Source: a virus
Lineage: Duplodnaviria > Caudoviricetes
Strand: one strand, 5' to 3'
DNA length: 58,208 bases
Virus record (IMG/VR): IMGVR_UViG_3300032323_003414
Span: 1-58,208 of that record
Part shown: positions 49,470 to 58,208 of the stretch, piece after piece
Position numbering within the stretch: position 1 is the first letter of the stretch
Layout: each line of letters opens with the position of its first letter
Notes under the pieces: generated by a model
What the model was told of the DNA's origin: nothing
Database searches by the model: none
Seen by the model: only the letters and a program-made list of their open reading frames with translations
Program-made: the position numbers and the translations under genes

Positions 49470-50520
49470 GCTTAAGAACAGAGAAACACAAGAACTGTTT
49501 CCTGTGCGTGTCAATGTGTTCGACAACTCACTGAGTCGTAAATGGCTCACAGCTCTCAATGAACTGTTACAACAAAACTATCATTTAGAAAAAAACTATT
49601 GTTTCTTTGGCTTTGTTGATCATAAAAGAAACGGTTGGCACATACTCAATGAAGTAAATCGTAGCATTGACGCTATTAACCGCGCTGAGCTTGGATACCA
49701 TATCGACGATTACTTTGATATGAACAACACTATCACAGACGATCCCATAGATGGTCGCGCAGTGGGTCGCAATGTACGTCAGGAAAAGCTCAACTGGTTA
49801 CACAGATACTTTGAAGATTTGCAAGGTGTCAGCGGAGCTCCTAAAGAATATTATCTGCGAGCAGACTCTGCCACACGTTGGCATATACGTCAGCTTAACT
49901 TGTTGTGTCACGAATTTGAATCCTGGGCACTGAGTTATCGTAAACAAATAGAAGCACCTGAATGGCAACGTCCTAGTCAATTGATGTGTTGGCTAAATGC
50001 TCCACGCTTTGTGTTAGATGAGGCTGACTATGAACTGTTTGGTATAGAAACAATCAATAGACCTCTGGGTGGAGTGTTTGTTGGAGTAAACAAAGCAGTA
50101 GGAAAACATCATTGGGAAGTATTTCAGGACGAGGGCAGAGACAGTAGAGTTGGCGAGTTAGTATCAACCACCCTACGCAGTCAAACTGAAGCCGCTGGTG
50201 ACTTTGATATAGAGTGGGCCAATAACCCAGGCAACTATGAATGGCAAAAGATACGATTGAAAGAATTTCGTGAATGGCTTGCGGTGAATGGGTTTAATCC
50301 TGACGATCCTGCACTGACCATCGGCCATCCACAAATTGGACAAGTCGACCTAATAGATACATTCTGGACAAATGATTATCAAGCTATTTGGAAACGCCTA
50401 AATACACATCTTGATGTGTACAGTGTGCGTACCACGGATGCTCGCGCAGTCTACGACTATTGCTGGAGCGATCCAGACCATGCACAACGTCAGATCAATA
50501 TTATAGGAAGCAACAAATGA
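49420..50520 (+). CDS. Hypothetical protein
   Basis: 366-aa ORF in the operon; LNWLHRYFE and LNLLCHEFE His/Glu helices; start uncertain. Confidence 0.7.
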   Translation: MQTYMPGGKTLDQVTIELKNRETQELFPVRVNVFDNSLSRKWLTALNELLQQNYHLEKNYCFFGFVDHKRNGWHILNEVNRSIDAINRAELGYHIDDYFDMNNTITDDPIDGRAVGRNVRQEKLNWLHRYFEDLQGVSGAPKEYYLRADSATRWHIRQLNLLCHEFESWALSYRKQIEAPEWQRPSQLMCWLNAPRFVLDEADYELFGIETINRPLGGVFVGVNKAVGKHHWEVFQDEGRDSRVGELVSTTLRSQTEAAGDFDIEWANNPGNYEWQKIRLKEFREWLAVNGFNPDDPALTIGHPQIGQVDLIDTFWTNDYQAIWKRLNTHLDVYSVRTTDARAVYDYCWSDPDHAQRQINIIGSNK

Positions 50521-50618
50521 AATGGTTACGCAACTTGATCAATAGGATCAAACTTGAAATACGTTATCGTAAAAAATTAAAAGAACTTCGCAAACGAGAT
50601 CCTTTCATCTACAAATGA
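50517..50618 (+). CDS. 33-aa basic peptide (not in the ORF track)
   Basis: MKWLRNLINRIKLEIRYRKKLKELRKRDPFIYK; ATGA overlaps with both neighbours; AGGAAG upstream. Confidence 0.75.
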   Translation: MKWLRNLINRIKLEIRYRKKLKELRKRDPFIYK

Positions 50619-52099
50619 AACACATACTTGGTATCAGTGCAGGGTTCCACGATGCGGCAGCCACAGTCATCAACTCAGATGGTGAAATAGTTTTTGCCGG
50701 CCACTCAGAACGCTACAGCAAAGTCAAGAATGATTCTAACTTATGTGATGCACTGTTGTCTGAATTGTGCAAGTGGCAGTACAATACTGTGGCCTGGTAC
50801 GAACGGCCTTGGCTACATAATTTACGGCAGTTATATTCTGGACAACAGATCACAGAGCCCTGGACTACACGTGGCGCACTTCGCAAGCACCTAGGTGCAT
50901 GGTATCAACACCCTGCAAAAAATGAAGTCAGCTACCCACATCATCTAAGTCATGCTGCCGCAGGATTTCAAACAAGTCCGTACACCAAGGCCACAGTGAT
51001 TGTAATTGATGCCATTGGTGAATGGGACACTATCAGTATTTGGGGTGCGCATTATGTTGATGGCAAGGCCAAGTATCATCGGCTATGGGGACAACGATAC
51101 CCACACAGCATTGGATTATTTTATACAGCAATCACGCAACGTGTTGGCCTACGTCCACTAGACGAAGAATACATTACCATGGGCATGGCTGCCTACGGTG
51201 AACGTGGATTCAGTGAGCTACTTAAACACGATTTTGTCGACAATGATTGGGACATGACATTTAAACAAAATCTACATGCTGGTGTAGATCCTAAATATTT
51301 AGACTATATCAGCAACTATGACTTGGCCGCAGGCGCACAAGATCTAGTTGAAACCTTGATATATAATGTAATGCAACGTGCCAGAGACTTTGGCTGGTCA
51401 CGCAATTTGGTTTACATGGGCGGTGTTGCTTTAAATTGTTTGGCAAATAGAAACCTAGGAAATTATTTTGATAACATTTGGATTATGCCTAATCCTGGCG
51501 ATGCTGGCAGTAGTCTGGGCAGTGCGGCGCTGGCTTACGGAAAACAGATACATTGGAAAAACGCCTTTCTTGGTCATGACATTCCTGGTGCTTATCCTGT
51601 CGATAATATTATCGACGAGCTTTTGGTCAATAAAATTGTTGGTGTGGCCAGTGGTCGTGCAGAGTTTGGCCCCAGAGCCTTGGGAAACAGAAGTCTGCTT
51701 GCAGACCCCCGCGGCCCAGAAATAAAAGATCGTGTAAATGAAATCAAACGTCGCCAACAATTTAGACCGTTCGCTCCAGTAATACTAGAAGAGTGTGTCA
51801 ACGATTATTTTGACATGCCTCAAAACTACACAAGCAGTCCGTACATGCAGGTAGTAGCACATTGCCGTCATCCTGACCAGTTTCCAGCAATTATACATGT
51901 AGATGGTACTAGCCGTGTACAAACTGTGAGCAAAGATTGTGGATCGGGCATTAGACAACTGCTAGAGAGGTGGTATGTGGAAACAGGATGTCCCATGTTG
52001 CTTAACACCAGTTTAAACATACGTGGTGAACCCATGGTCAACGATCGAGCAGATGCCGATCGCTTTGAACAACTGTATGGAGTAAAGGTCTGTAGTTAA
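50615..52099 (+). CDS. O-carbamoyltransferase (NodU/CmcH/TobZ family)
   Basis: HDAAA, ERYS.VKND, HHLSHAA, DAIGE, GGVALNC, EFGPRALGNRS, FRPFAP, LNTSLN. Confidence 0.95.
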   Translation: MKHILGISAGFHDAAATVINSDGEIVFAGHSERYSKVKNDSNLCDALLSELCKWQYNTVAWYERPWLHNLRQLYSGQQITEPWTTRGALRKHLGAWYQHPAKNEVSYPHHLSHAAAGFQTSPYTKATVIVIDAIGEWDTISIWGAHYVDGKAKYHRLWGQRYPHSIGLFYTAITQRVGLRPLDEEYITMGMAAYGERGFSELLKHDFVDNDWDMTFKQNLHAGVDPKYLDYISNYDLAAGAQDLVETLIYNVMQRARDFGWSRNLVYMGGVALNCLANRNLGNYFDNIWIMPNPGDAGSSLGSAALAYGKQIHWKNAFLGHDIPGAYPVDNIIDELLVNKIVGVASGRAEFGPRALGNRSLLADPRGPEIKDRVNEIKRRQQFRPFAPVILEECVNDYFDMPQNYTSSPYMQVVAHCRHPDQFPAIIHVDGTSRVQTVSKDCGSGIRQLLERWYVETGCPMLLNTSLNIRGEPMVNDRADADRFEQLYGVKVCS

Positions 52100-52680
52100 T
52101 GAATCAACCTCATTGCTATGTAATTGCACACCCAACATCACGAGTTGTCAATGATTGCATAGCAAGTCTTAAAAAACATGGATGGGCATTTGAAGTCTTT
52201 CCAGCAGTAAATGGTCATACAGTCACAGAACAAACTTGGAAGTCCGTTGGGGTACAAATGTCAAGTAACGGAAAAATGCCACGTAGACCAGGAGCACAAG
52301 GTTGTTGGATAAGTCACTGGCGTTTGTGGAATCGCTGTGTAGACACTGACCGACCCATAGTTATCTTGGAACATGATGCCGTAGTAACAGCACCTTGGCC
52401 CACTGATCTAGATATTGAATCAACTCTAGTAAAACTTTATACAACTGCAGAATGCAAAGTTAATCCAGCATTTGGTCTTTGGAGTAAAGGGTCGTATGCT
52501 TATACATTAACACCTGCACAAGCGCAACGTTTGATTGACTATGCTCGCACCAACGGTGCGCAAGCAGTAGACAAACATCTAGGAGAGCAAGTGTTGCCTT
52601 GGAGATTTCATTCCAAAGATTTGATTGTGCTCAACCCGCATAGAGGTAAAAGCACAACTTCATCAAAGATAAGTTTCTAA
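52099..52680 (+). CDS. Glycosyltransferase family 25-like protein
   Basis: FPAVNG, PGAQGCWISHWRLW, IVILEHDA, AY.LTP..A. Confidence 0.75.
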   Translation: MNQPHCYVIAHPTSRVVNDCIASLKKHGWAFEVFPAVNGHTVTEQTWKSVGVQMSSNGKMPRRPGAQGCWISHWRLWNRCVDTDRPIVILEHDAVVTAPWPTDLDIESTLVKLYTTAECKVNPAFGLWSKGSYAYTLTPAQAQRLIDYARTNGAQAVDKHLGEQVLPWRFHSKDLIVLNPHRGKSTTSSKISF

Positions 52681-53691
52681 TCCGCCACGACGGCGTATGT
52701 CTTGAGTACAGCAACTTACTCCACCGTCCCAGAAATAACTGTGTCGTAGTTCGGCAATGATAGGATTGATCTTATGCTTGGTACAAAAATCAAATACCTG
52801 TTTGTTGTAGGCACTAAAAATAACATTTTCTTCGTCTAGTACCAGGCAGTTTACATCAAACACAGTTTCACTGACAAAACCAGTCCACTTATTCAGGTAG
52901 TCGTCAACAAAGGTTGAAAACTCTGGAGTAGGTGTTTGACCTTGAACATACCAACGTCCATTAAAATTTTCTTCCTTGAACTTGCCAACTTCCATGGCTG
53001 CCCAAATTGAGCTGTCCCAAACCTTGCAAACTTCCCAATTGGGAAAGTCTCTTTCAAAATTTAAATTCTGATCGTGTTTACTTGATAGTATCACACCAGG
53101 TTTTAATATAGCAAATACAGCATCGCCATGTCCATCTGTGACTGCTTCATGTATGCGATATTCAGGACCCAATACAGTGTCTACAATCCAACGGGTCTGT
53201 TCAGGTTTTAAGAAGTCACTGTTATCAAAAAATACATCACGCCCTACACGCACAATACAACTGGCCGAAGCTCCGTTTAAAATGCAATCGTCTTTCCAAG
53301 TACCACCGTGCGGATCAATTACTTGATTGCCATATAGCCGACAAATATTGTCAAGTTCGTTGATTGGTAACACTCTTAGCAATTTTTGTCCCAATGAAAT
53401 TTGCCAATCTCTAGGTGTGAGTGGCGGTAACGGCGCACCAAACCCTTGTGTTTGTGCTAATTGAAATATGTCTTTGTTAGGCAATTCAGGACGACGCACT
53501 GTGGCGCCATAGGTTTCAATGATCTTTTGTAGATTATCTAAATCTTCTTTGGTCTCAGATAAGATTTGTTGTAATTGATTGCGTACCTGCGGGCTTTCAA
53601 TAAAATCAAAATATTCAGGGTCATAGGCCCGCCCTACAATAACTTCTTCTAAGGGTTGCCAACTAGTATAACTGTTTACTAAGGGTTGCAT
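52663..53691 (-). CDS. Amidinotransferase (glycine/inosamine-phosphate amidinotransferase family)
   Basis: VNSYTSWQPLEEVIVG, TPRD, GHGD, DGGVSCCTQDIRR with the catalytic Cys position. Confidence 0.85.
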   Translation of the reverse strand: MQPLVNSYTSWQPLEEVIVGRAYDPEYFDFIESPQVRNQLQQILSETKEDLDNLQKIIETYGATVRRPELPNKDIFQLAQTQGFGAPLPPLTPRDWQISLGQKLLRVLPINELDNICRLYGNQVIDPHGGTWKDDCILNGASASCIVRVGRDVFFDNSDFLKPEQTRWIVDTVLGPEYRIHEAVTDGHGDAVFAILKPGVILSSKHDQNLNFERDFPNWEVCKVWDSSIWAAMEVGKFKEENFNGRWYVQGQTPTPEFSTFVDDYLNKWTGFVSETVFDVNCLVLDEENVIFSAYNKQVFDFCTKHKINPIIAELRHSYFWDGGVSCCTQDIRRRGGLETYL

Positions 53692-54868
53692 ATTGTTGAG
53701 TTCTTTCAAGTAGGGTATTTAAACGGTCCGTCTTGGGAGCTAAAAATAACTGCTGATTGTGTAGTAAGTCCTGTTGACAGTCAATGTACATCTGATGCAA
53801 ATCAATTGACATCAACCTTTCAAATTCTTTAAACGCACGGTCCCAACGCTGGGTATTGTCTTCTATAGAATCGTAACTGTGATCAATCACATGATCAAAA
53901 GTACGATAGCCCATTTGTTGTAATTTTGCAATGGTACCCACAGCGCCAAATATAATAAAAGGTTGGCTGTGTTTGATTGGCTTAAATGTTTTTTCTGTTA
54001 GAAATACGCCACCACTTTGATCGCAGTCAAGATGTGTTTCCAATACAACATTGAGGTAGCTGTCTTCAAAGTGTTCTTTCACAGTTGATGAATATAAATT
54101 GTGTTGAGCACTATCTAATTCATCGGCAATAAACGGGCATTGAGATAGAAAATTGTTTACTTTGTCGAATAACCCAACAAAGTTTAAAATACGCACAGGG
54201 GACTCACGCCAGTGTTCTCCGGTGCTTAGATCGCTGTTGTAAGAAAAGTACCCGTCCTGATGAAGCCCTTGATCCCAGATTCTTGCCATTGTGGCTGCTC
54301 GCCACCACTTGTGTGTTCTTACTAACGCTGTAAATTTTTTTGATCTAGGGCGAGTGTGAAACTCAATAGGTGCATCTTTATTTCTTAATTGATACAAACA
54401 TTCATCATCAGCAAAGTAATGAAATCTAGGAATACCATCAGCTGAGCTATTTGCACTGGTAAACTGTACGCATTCCATGGGTACTTCATGCTTGGCTGCA
54501 AGTTGTCTCAGATGCTGTTGTATCTTTTGGGGGTTATCAGCTTCACTGTAAAAGAACCATATGGTCATACTTTTAGATCTTAATTTTTCTCTAATGATTG
54601 ATGGAATAATAGCAAACCAATCAACTCCAAAGTCAAAATAACTAATACTTATAGGGTACAATGTTTGTTTTGTTGCCTGGGTCCAAGGAACAAACTTATA
54701 ATCAATGCCATTGCTATCTAGATATTCAAAAAAATGCACAGGTTCACTGTAAGGCCAATTTGTGCTAAATTGTCTCCACTCCGGAGTGTATGGTTGGGCC
54801 TGCCAGGTTGCGGCATTGGGATACGGTTTTCCGTTGATAATGTTATCTATACAAAATGTCAAAGCCAT
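53663..54868 (-). CDS. GT-B/GT10-like (TEK motif) glycosyltransferase-like protein
   Basis: LNVVLET...FLTEKTFKPI..QPF, GYRTF..IDHSYD. Confidence 0.5.
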   Translation of the reverse strand: MALTFCIDNIINGKPYPNAATWQAQPYTPEWRQFSTNWPYSEPVHFFEYLDSNGIDYKFVPWTQATKQTLYPISISYFDFGVDWFAIIPSIIREKLRSKSMTIWFFYSEADNPQKIQQHLRQLAAKHEVPMECVQFTSANSSADGIPRFHYFADDECLYQLRNKDAPIEFHTRPRSKKFTALVRTHKWWRAATMARIWDQGLHQDGYFSYNSDLSTGEHWRESPVRILNFVGLFDKVNNFLSQCPFIADELDSAQHNLYSSTVKEHFEDSYLNVVLETHLDCDQSGGVFLTEKTFKPIKHSQPFIIFGAVGTIAKLQQMGYRTFDHVIDHSYDSIEDNTQRWDRAFKEFERLMSIDLHQMYIDCQQDLLHNQQLFLAPKTDRLNTLLERTQQYATLSKQLY

Positions 54869-55908
54869 GATTTCATCATTGTGGTTAATTCAGACCATAA
54901 TAAGTTTTCAAAATTTTGACTGTAGAACCAATTAAAGTTATGTTCCACTACAGGAATCAATGCCTGCTGTAACTGCTGTTTTTCTTTCATTGAAAGATTA
55001 TCAAGTTCTTTTAAAAGTTTTCCAATCTTTAAGATTCTAGTATCATCATTAGACTCATCGTAGGATTCATCCCAGAAGTTGCTGAATGTTTTAAATCCGT
55101 ATCTTTTGAGATATTCTAAACTGCCCTGTGTTGACACCAGTACAAACGGTTGTTGCATTACAATAGGTTTAAATGTTTTTTCGGTTAAGTGAAGTTTTTT
55201 TCCGTAATAGGCAGTTTCAGTTATCACATGTAACAACGTTTGATCAGCCAACGACCACATGTCAATGGCATGGCTATTCTTGGCGTAGTCGGTTCCTGTG
55301 TCAATTTTCAAAGGAAGGTCAACGCTGGCCAAATTTATATTGTATTCTTTGCATAATTCTGCCACTGTTTTGTTTTCGTATGGGCATTGATCAGGAAAAC
55401 TTACTAAATTGTTATAAACTAATTCTCGATCAACCAGCTCGCTTAATAGTTCAAGTCGGTGACGCCGTTTCCCTCCAATGATGTTGTTTGGGCATAAAAA
55501 TGTTTTGTTAATGTTTCTATGCCTAAATGGAGTGTACAAGCAAGTGCGATCATACCCACGATACCAATCCAATGCGGCCCAGCCATGAAAGAAATAATAT
55601 GAGCTGTCAAAACCATAAGTATTACACACCCATTTAACTGAATCGCTTTCGGCTTCAGATGTTACTATGGTGTATGGCCCGTTTTTATAAACAGACAAAT
55701 ACTGATCAAAAAAACTTGAAATCAATTCGTGCTGTAATAGCTCCTGATCCCAAAATAACATTCTTCTTTTTGCAAAAACTTCCGAGTTGCACAAGTCAGA
55801 AAATGCGCTGGATCCAAAAGGGTCAAACCATTGTATATCTAAATTGAGAGAATTTGATTGCGAAAATTTAACAAAGATGTTATAATAAATTTCATCGATA
55901 CGAATCAT
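54859..55908 (-). CDS. GT-B/GT10-like (TEK motif) glycosyltransferase-like protein
   Basis: RRHR, LHVITET...HLTEKTFKPI..QPF, GFKTF..FWDESYD. Confidence 0.5.
   Translation of the reverse strand: MIRIDEIYYNIFVKFSQSNSLNLDIQWFDPFGSSAFSDLCNSEVFAKRRMLFWDQELLQHELISSFFDQYLSVYKNGPYTIVTSEAESDSVKWVCNTYGFDSSYYFFHGWAALDWYRGYDRTCLYTPFRHRNINKTFLCPNNIIGGKRRHRLELLSELVDRELVYNNLVSFPDQCPYENKTVAELCKEYNINLASVDLPLKIDTGTDYAKNSHAIDMWSLADQTLLHVITETAYYGKKLHLTEKTFKPIVMQQPFVLVSTQGSLEYLKRYGFKTFSNFWDESYDESNDDTRILKIGKLLKELDNLSMKEKQQLQQALIPVVEHNFNWFYSQNFENLLWSELTTMMKSWL
55858..55886 (+). promoter_or_regulatory. Sigma70 promoter for the gene at 55907, embedded antisense in the neighbouring gene
   Basis: TTGCGA-17 nt-TATAAT with extended -10 TG. 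Confidence 0.6.
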
Positions 55909-57511
55909 GTTTGATATTTTTTACCTAAACTATCCCACTCATTTATTTCCGCACGAACGAAAAGCAGATTCTTTGGCACATGCACGTGAAATGAGTCGCA
56001 CGAGATACTTATGGATTGTTGACGGCCACAATGATTATTCAGACTTTGACTGGTCTTGGGAACCAGTGCCTTGGGAGTCGGCCCAGATACATGTATGGCC
56101 CAGTCAGCATCAAGACAACGGCGGAACATATTTGGTACCAAAAGTGGCCACAGAAGAAGTCAATAGGAATCATCCAGAAATACGAAAAATTGGCGCCCAC
56201 CCACGCATTGGTATTGATCATGGTAATGGGTTGTCAATCATGTGCAGAGAAAAAACAAGATACATTTCAGACTATCTTGGCACACTGAGACGCATACTAT
56301 CCAAAACAACACATGAATATGTGTGGGTTGTGAGTAGCGTGTGCGACTACAGTAAGTTTGATTTTACCTGGCATCCTAGTGAATGGCAACAAGACATGTT
56401 GCATGTGTTTGCCAGCAATGAACAAAAGTTTGGGGACACGTTCTATATTCACGTGCCCAGCTTTATGCAAAAAACGTCCGAACTGGCCTTGTTGGAATGG
56501 TTTGATACCATACACTTTGTTCCTGATGTTTCTGTGCCAAGACGCCCTGTACCGGTGGTCCAGCATGACAATGACAGTCAGGTTCCTGCTGTATGGAAAC
56601 ACGATTTCCAAGATCCAGTGGTGCAATTTGTTCGAAACACTCCTGTAGAAAATCCCCCTGCTATTAACTTGTGGCGCGAGAAGATGAAAACTATAGTTCC
56701 GTTGACTCCGGGCGCAGGGTCTGTATTAGTTCCTAGAGAAGCTAAAAATTATCTTAAAAAGCAACTGTATGATTATCCTAACATTGACAAAACACATCGT
56801 ATGTTGAGCAATGATTGTCCTTTGGACATAGTGTTCATCAGCAACGGCGAGCCCAACGCTGAAAGCAACTGGACCAGTCTACTAGAATCAATATACATGA
56901 AGCCAAACAATGTGGTGCGTAGTGATGGTGTAAATGGTCGGGCGGCTGCTTATCATGCGGCAGCTCAAGCCAGTGAAACTGATTGGTTTTTTGCTGTATT
57001 TGCTAAACTAAGAGTCAAGTCAGACTTTGATTGGTCGTGGCAACCTGACCGTATGCAACAGGCCAAGCACTATATCTTCCATGCAAAGAATCCTGTCAAT
57101 GGGTTAGAATATGGCCACCAAGCTATGATTGCCTACAATAAACGATTAGTGTTGGCCAATCCAGGACGTGGACTGGACTTTACCTTGGATGATGAACATG
57201 AAGTGGTACCGTTGTTATCAGGAACAGCAGAGTATGCTCATAGTAAATGGTCAGCGTGGCGTACAGCATTCCGTGAGTGTTTGAAACTCAAAGGTCAAAC
57301 AGATGTAGAGAGCCAGTATAGATTGAATCGTTGGCTAGGACCAATATCCGAAGCTGTAATAAACTCAGAATGGAGCCGATGGGGCGCAGAGGATGCTGTG
57401 GATTACTATGAATCTGTTAATGGTGAATTTGATGAGCTCAAAAAGAGCTATGAGTGGGCGTGGTTGGCCAGTTATGCCTTGCTCAAGCGCAATCTAACAC
57501 CTGATCAATAA
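55907..57511 (+). CDS. Multi-repeat GT-A-like protein, paralog of 40040-40969
   Basis: C-terminal DIVFISNGEP...DGVNGRAAAYHAAA...AWRTAFRE matches the 40040 gene; three FD(W/F)(S/T)W.P repeats. Confidence 0.55.
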   Translation: MFDIFYLNYPTHLFPHERKADSLAHAREMSRTRYLWIVDGHNDYSDFDWSWEPVPWESAQIHVWPSQHQDNGGTYLVPKVATEEVNRNHPEIRKIGAHPRIGIDHGNGLSIMCREKTRYISDYLGTLRRILSKTTHEYVWVVSSVCDYSKFDFTWHPSEWQQDMLHVFASNEQKFGDTFYIHVPSFMQKTSELALLEWFDTIHFVPDVSVPRRPVPVVQHDNDSQVPAVWKHDFQDPVVQFVRNTPVENPPAINLWREKMKTIVPLTPGAGSVLVPREAKNYLKKQLYDYPNIDKTHRMLSNDCPLDIVFISNGEPNAESNWTSLLESIYMKPNNVVRSDGVNGRAAAYHAAAQASETDWFFAVFAKLRVKSDFDWSWQPDRMQQAKHYIFHAKNPVNGLEYGHQAMIAYNKRLVLANPGRGLDFTLDDEHEVVPLLSGTAEYAHSKWSAWRTAFRECLKLKGQTDVESQYRLNRWLGPISEAVINSEWSRWGAEDAVDYYESVNGEFDELKKSYEWAWLASYALLKRNLTPDQ

Positions 57512-58208
57512 CATACTCAACTTCTAGATCTGACAGCTCGGGATACAACGGTAAAGTCAACACACGTCTACTCAGTGCTGATGCACAGCTCAAAATGTCT
57601 GGACCTTGATACTGTCTAAAAGTTCCAAGTTCGTGAAGCGGCTGGACATAGTGTATCTTGGTTTCAATCTTGCGTATGGCAAGATTTTTTTGTAGTATAT
57701 CTCTGTTGTTGATATCTATCACAAACTTATGGTAAGCATGATCATGATAATTGTCTTGATCAATCAGACAACGTATATCTGATTTTTTTAATCGTTCACG
57801 CCAATAGCCAGCAATCTTAGATCTACGTAACTGCCATGTGTCAATGTGTCGCGATTTGACCAACATATGAGCACAATCTAGTTCGCTCATGCGACTATTA
57901 GTTCCTGTTTCGTTGTGTGTGCTTTTACCGTTGTCTCTCCAGGAACGAACAAAATGTAATATATCACTGTCATTTGTTACTACAGCACCACCATTGCCAT
58001 AGGCTGGCAAGTTCTTCATGGGATCAAAACTAATGGCAGCGGCTTTACCAATACGTTGGCAGTCGGCAGCCAACCAATGCTGTGCGGCATCCTCAATAAT
58101 GAGCTTGTCGTTGAGCATCCATTGACGCCATGTAGCTATATCGCCCATGTGTGTGATACTGGCACCATACAATCCAACCAACACCACGGCTTGATAACTG
58201 ACATTGGG
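57483..58208 (-). CDS. DegT/DnrJ/EryC1/StrS PLP-dependent sugar aminotransferase (5' partial)
   Basis: IIEDAAQ, SFDPMKNL..GNGG (PLP lysine), GTNSRM, LTLPLYP; frame open to the window edge. Confidence 0.93.
   Translation of the reverse strand, partial: PNVSYQAVVLVGLYGASITHMGDIATWRQWMLNDKLIIEDAAQHWLAADCQRIGKAAAISFDPMKNLPAYGNGGAVVTNDSDILHFVRSWRDNGKSTHNETGTNSRMSELDCAHMLVKSRHIDTWQLRRSKIAGYWRERLKKSDIRCLIDQDNYHDHAYHKFVIDINNRDILQKNLAIRKIETKIHYVQPLHELGTFRQYQGPDILSCASALSRRVLTLPLYPELSDLEVEYVIDQVLDCA

Noticed and set aside
50517-53691. Saxitoxin-like cluster (carbamoyltransferase, SxtK-like peptide, amidinotransferase, GDSL protein)
   Set aside because: No SxtA-like PKS/AONS or other core genes in the window; these families are generic, and the glycosyltransferase context points to sugar chemistry
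52663-55908. Invertible cassette explaining the opposite-strand three-gene block
   Set aside because: No convincing terminal inverted repeats and no recombinase seen; both borders overlap coding sequence
1-58208. CRISPR arrays, tRNAs, transposases, DGR or reverse transcriptase, stop-codon reassignment
   Set aside because: None seen by eye. Genes are full length in the standard code and end in TAA, TGA and TAG.

Overview
This 58 kb window is a segment of a large T4-like (myovirus-type) bacteriophage genome read in the standard genetic code. It has four parts. (i) A hairpin-dense non-coding region at 147-615. (ii) A minus-strand block with the late sigma factor gp55, the gp47/gp46 (Mre11/Rad50-like) nuclease, a GIY-YIG endonuclease, two radical SAM genes and an SGNH-like gene. 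(iii) A plus-strand baseplate/tail module with gp48/54-like, gp53, hub, gp5, a frameshifted gp25, gp6, a 4871-aa giant protein and fibre proteins. (iv) A roughly 20 kb tailoring-enzyme cluster with five more radical SAM enzymes carrying N-terminal twitch domains, about nine glycosyltransferase-like genes, an O-carbamoyltransferase, an amidinotransferase, a DegT/StrS aminotransferase and a 33-aa basic peptide. The most notable candidate system is this phage-encoded pathway, which resembles aminoglycoside chemistry and has an unknown target (virion glycans, DNA or host surface). The next most notable is the candidate structured RNA/DNA-hairpin element. All product calls come from motifs read by eye; no database searches were run.
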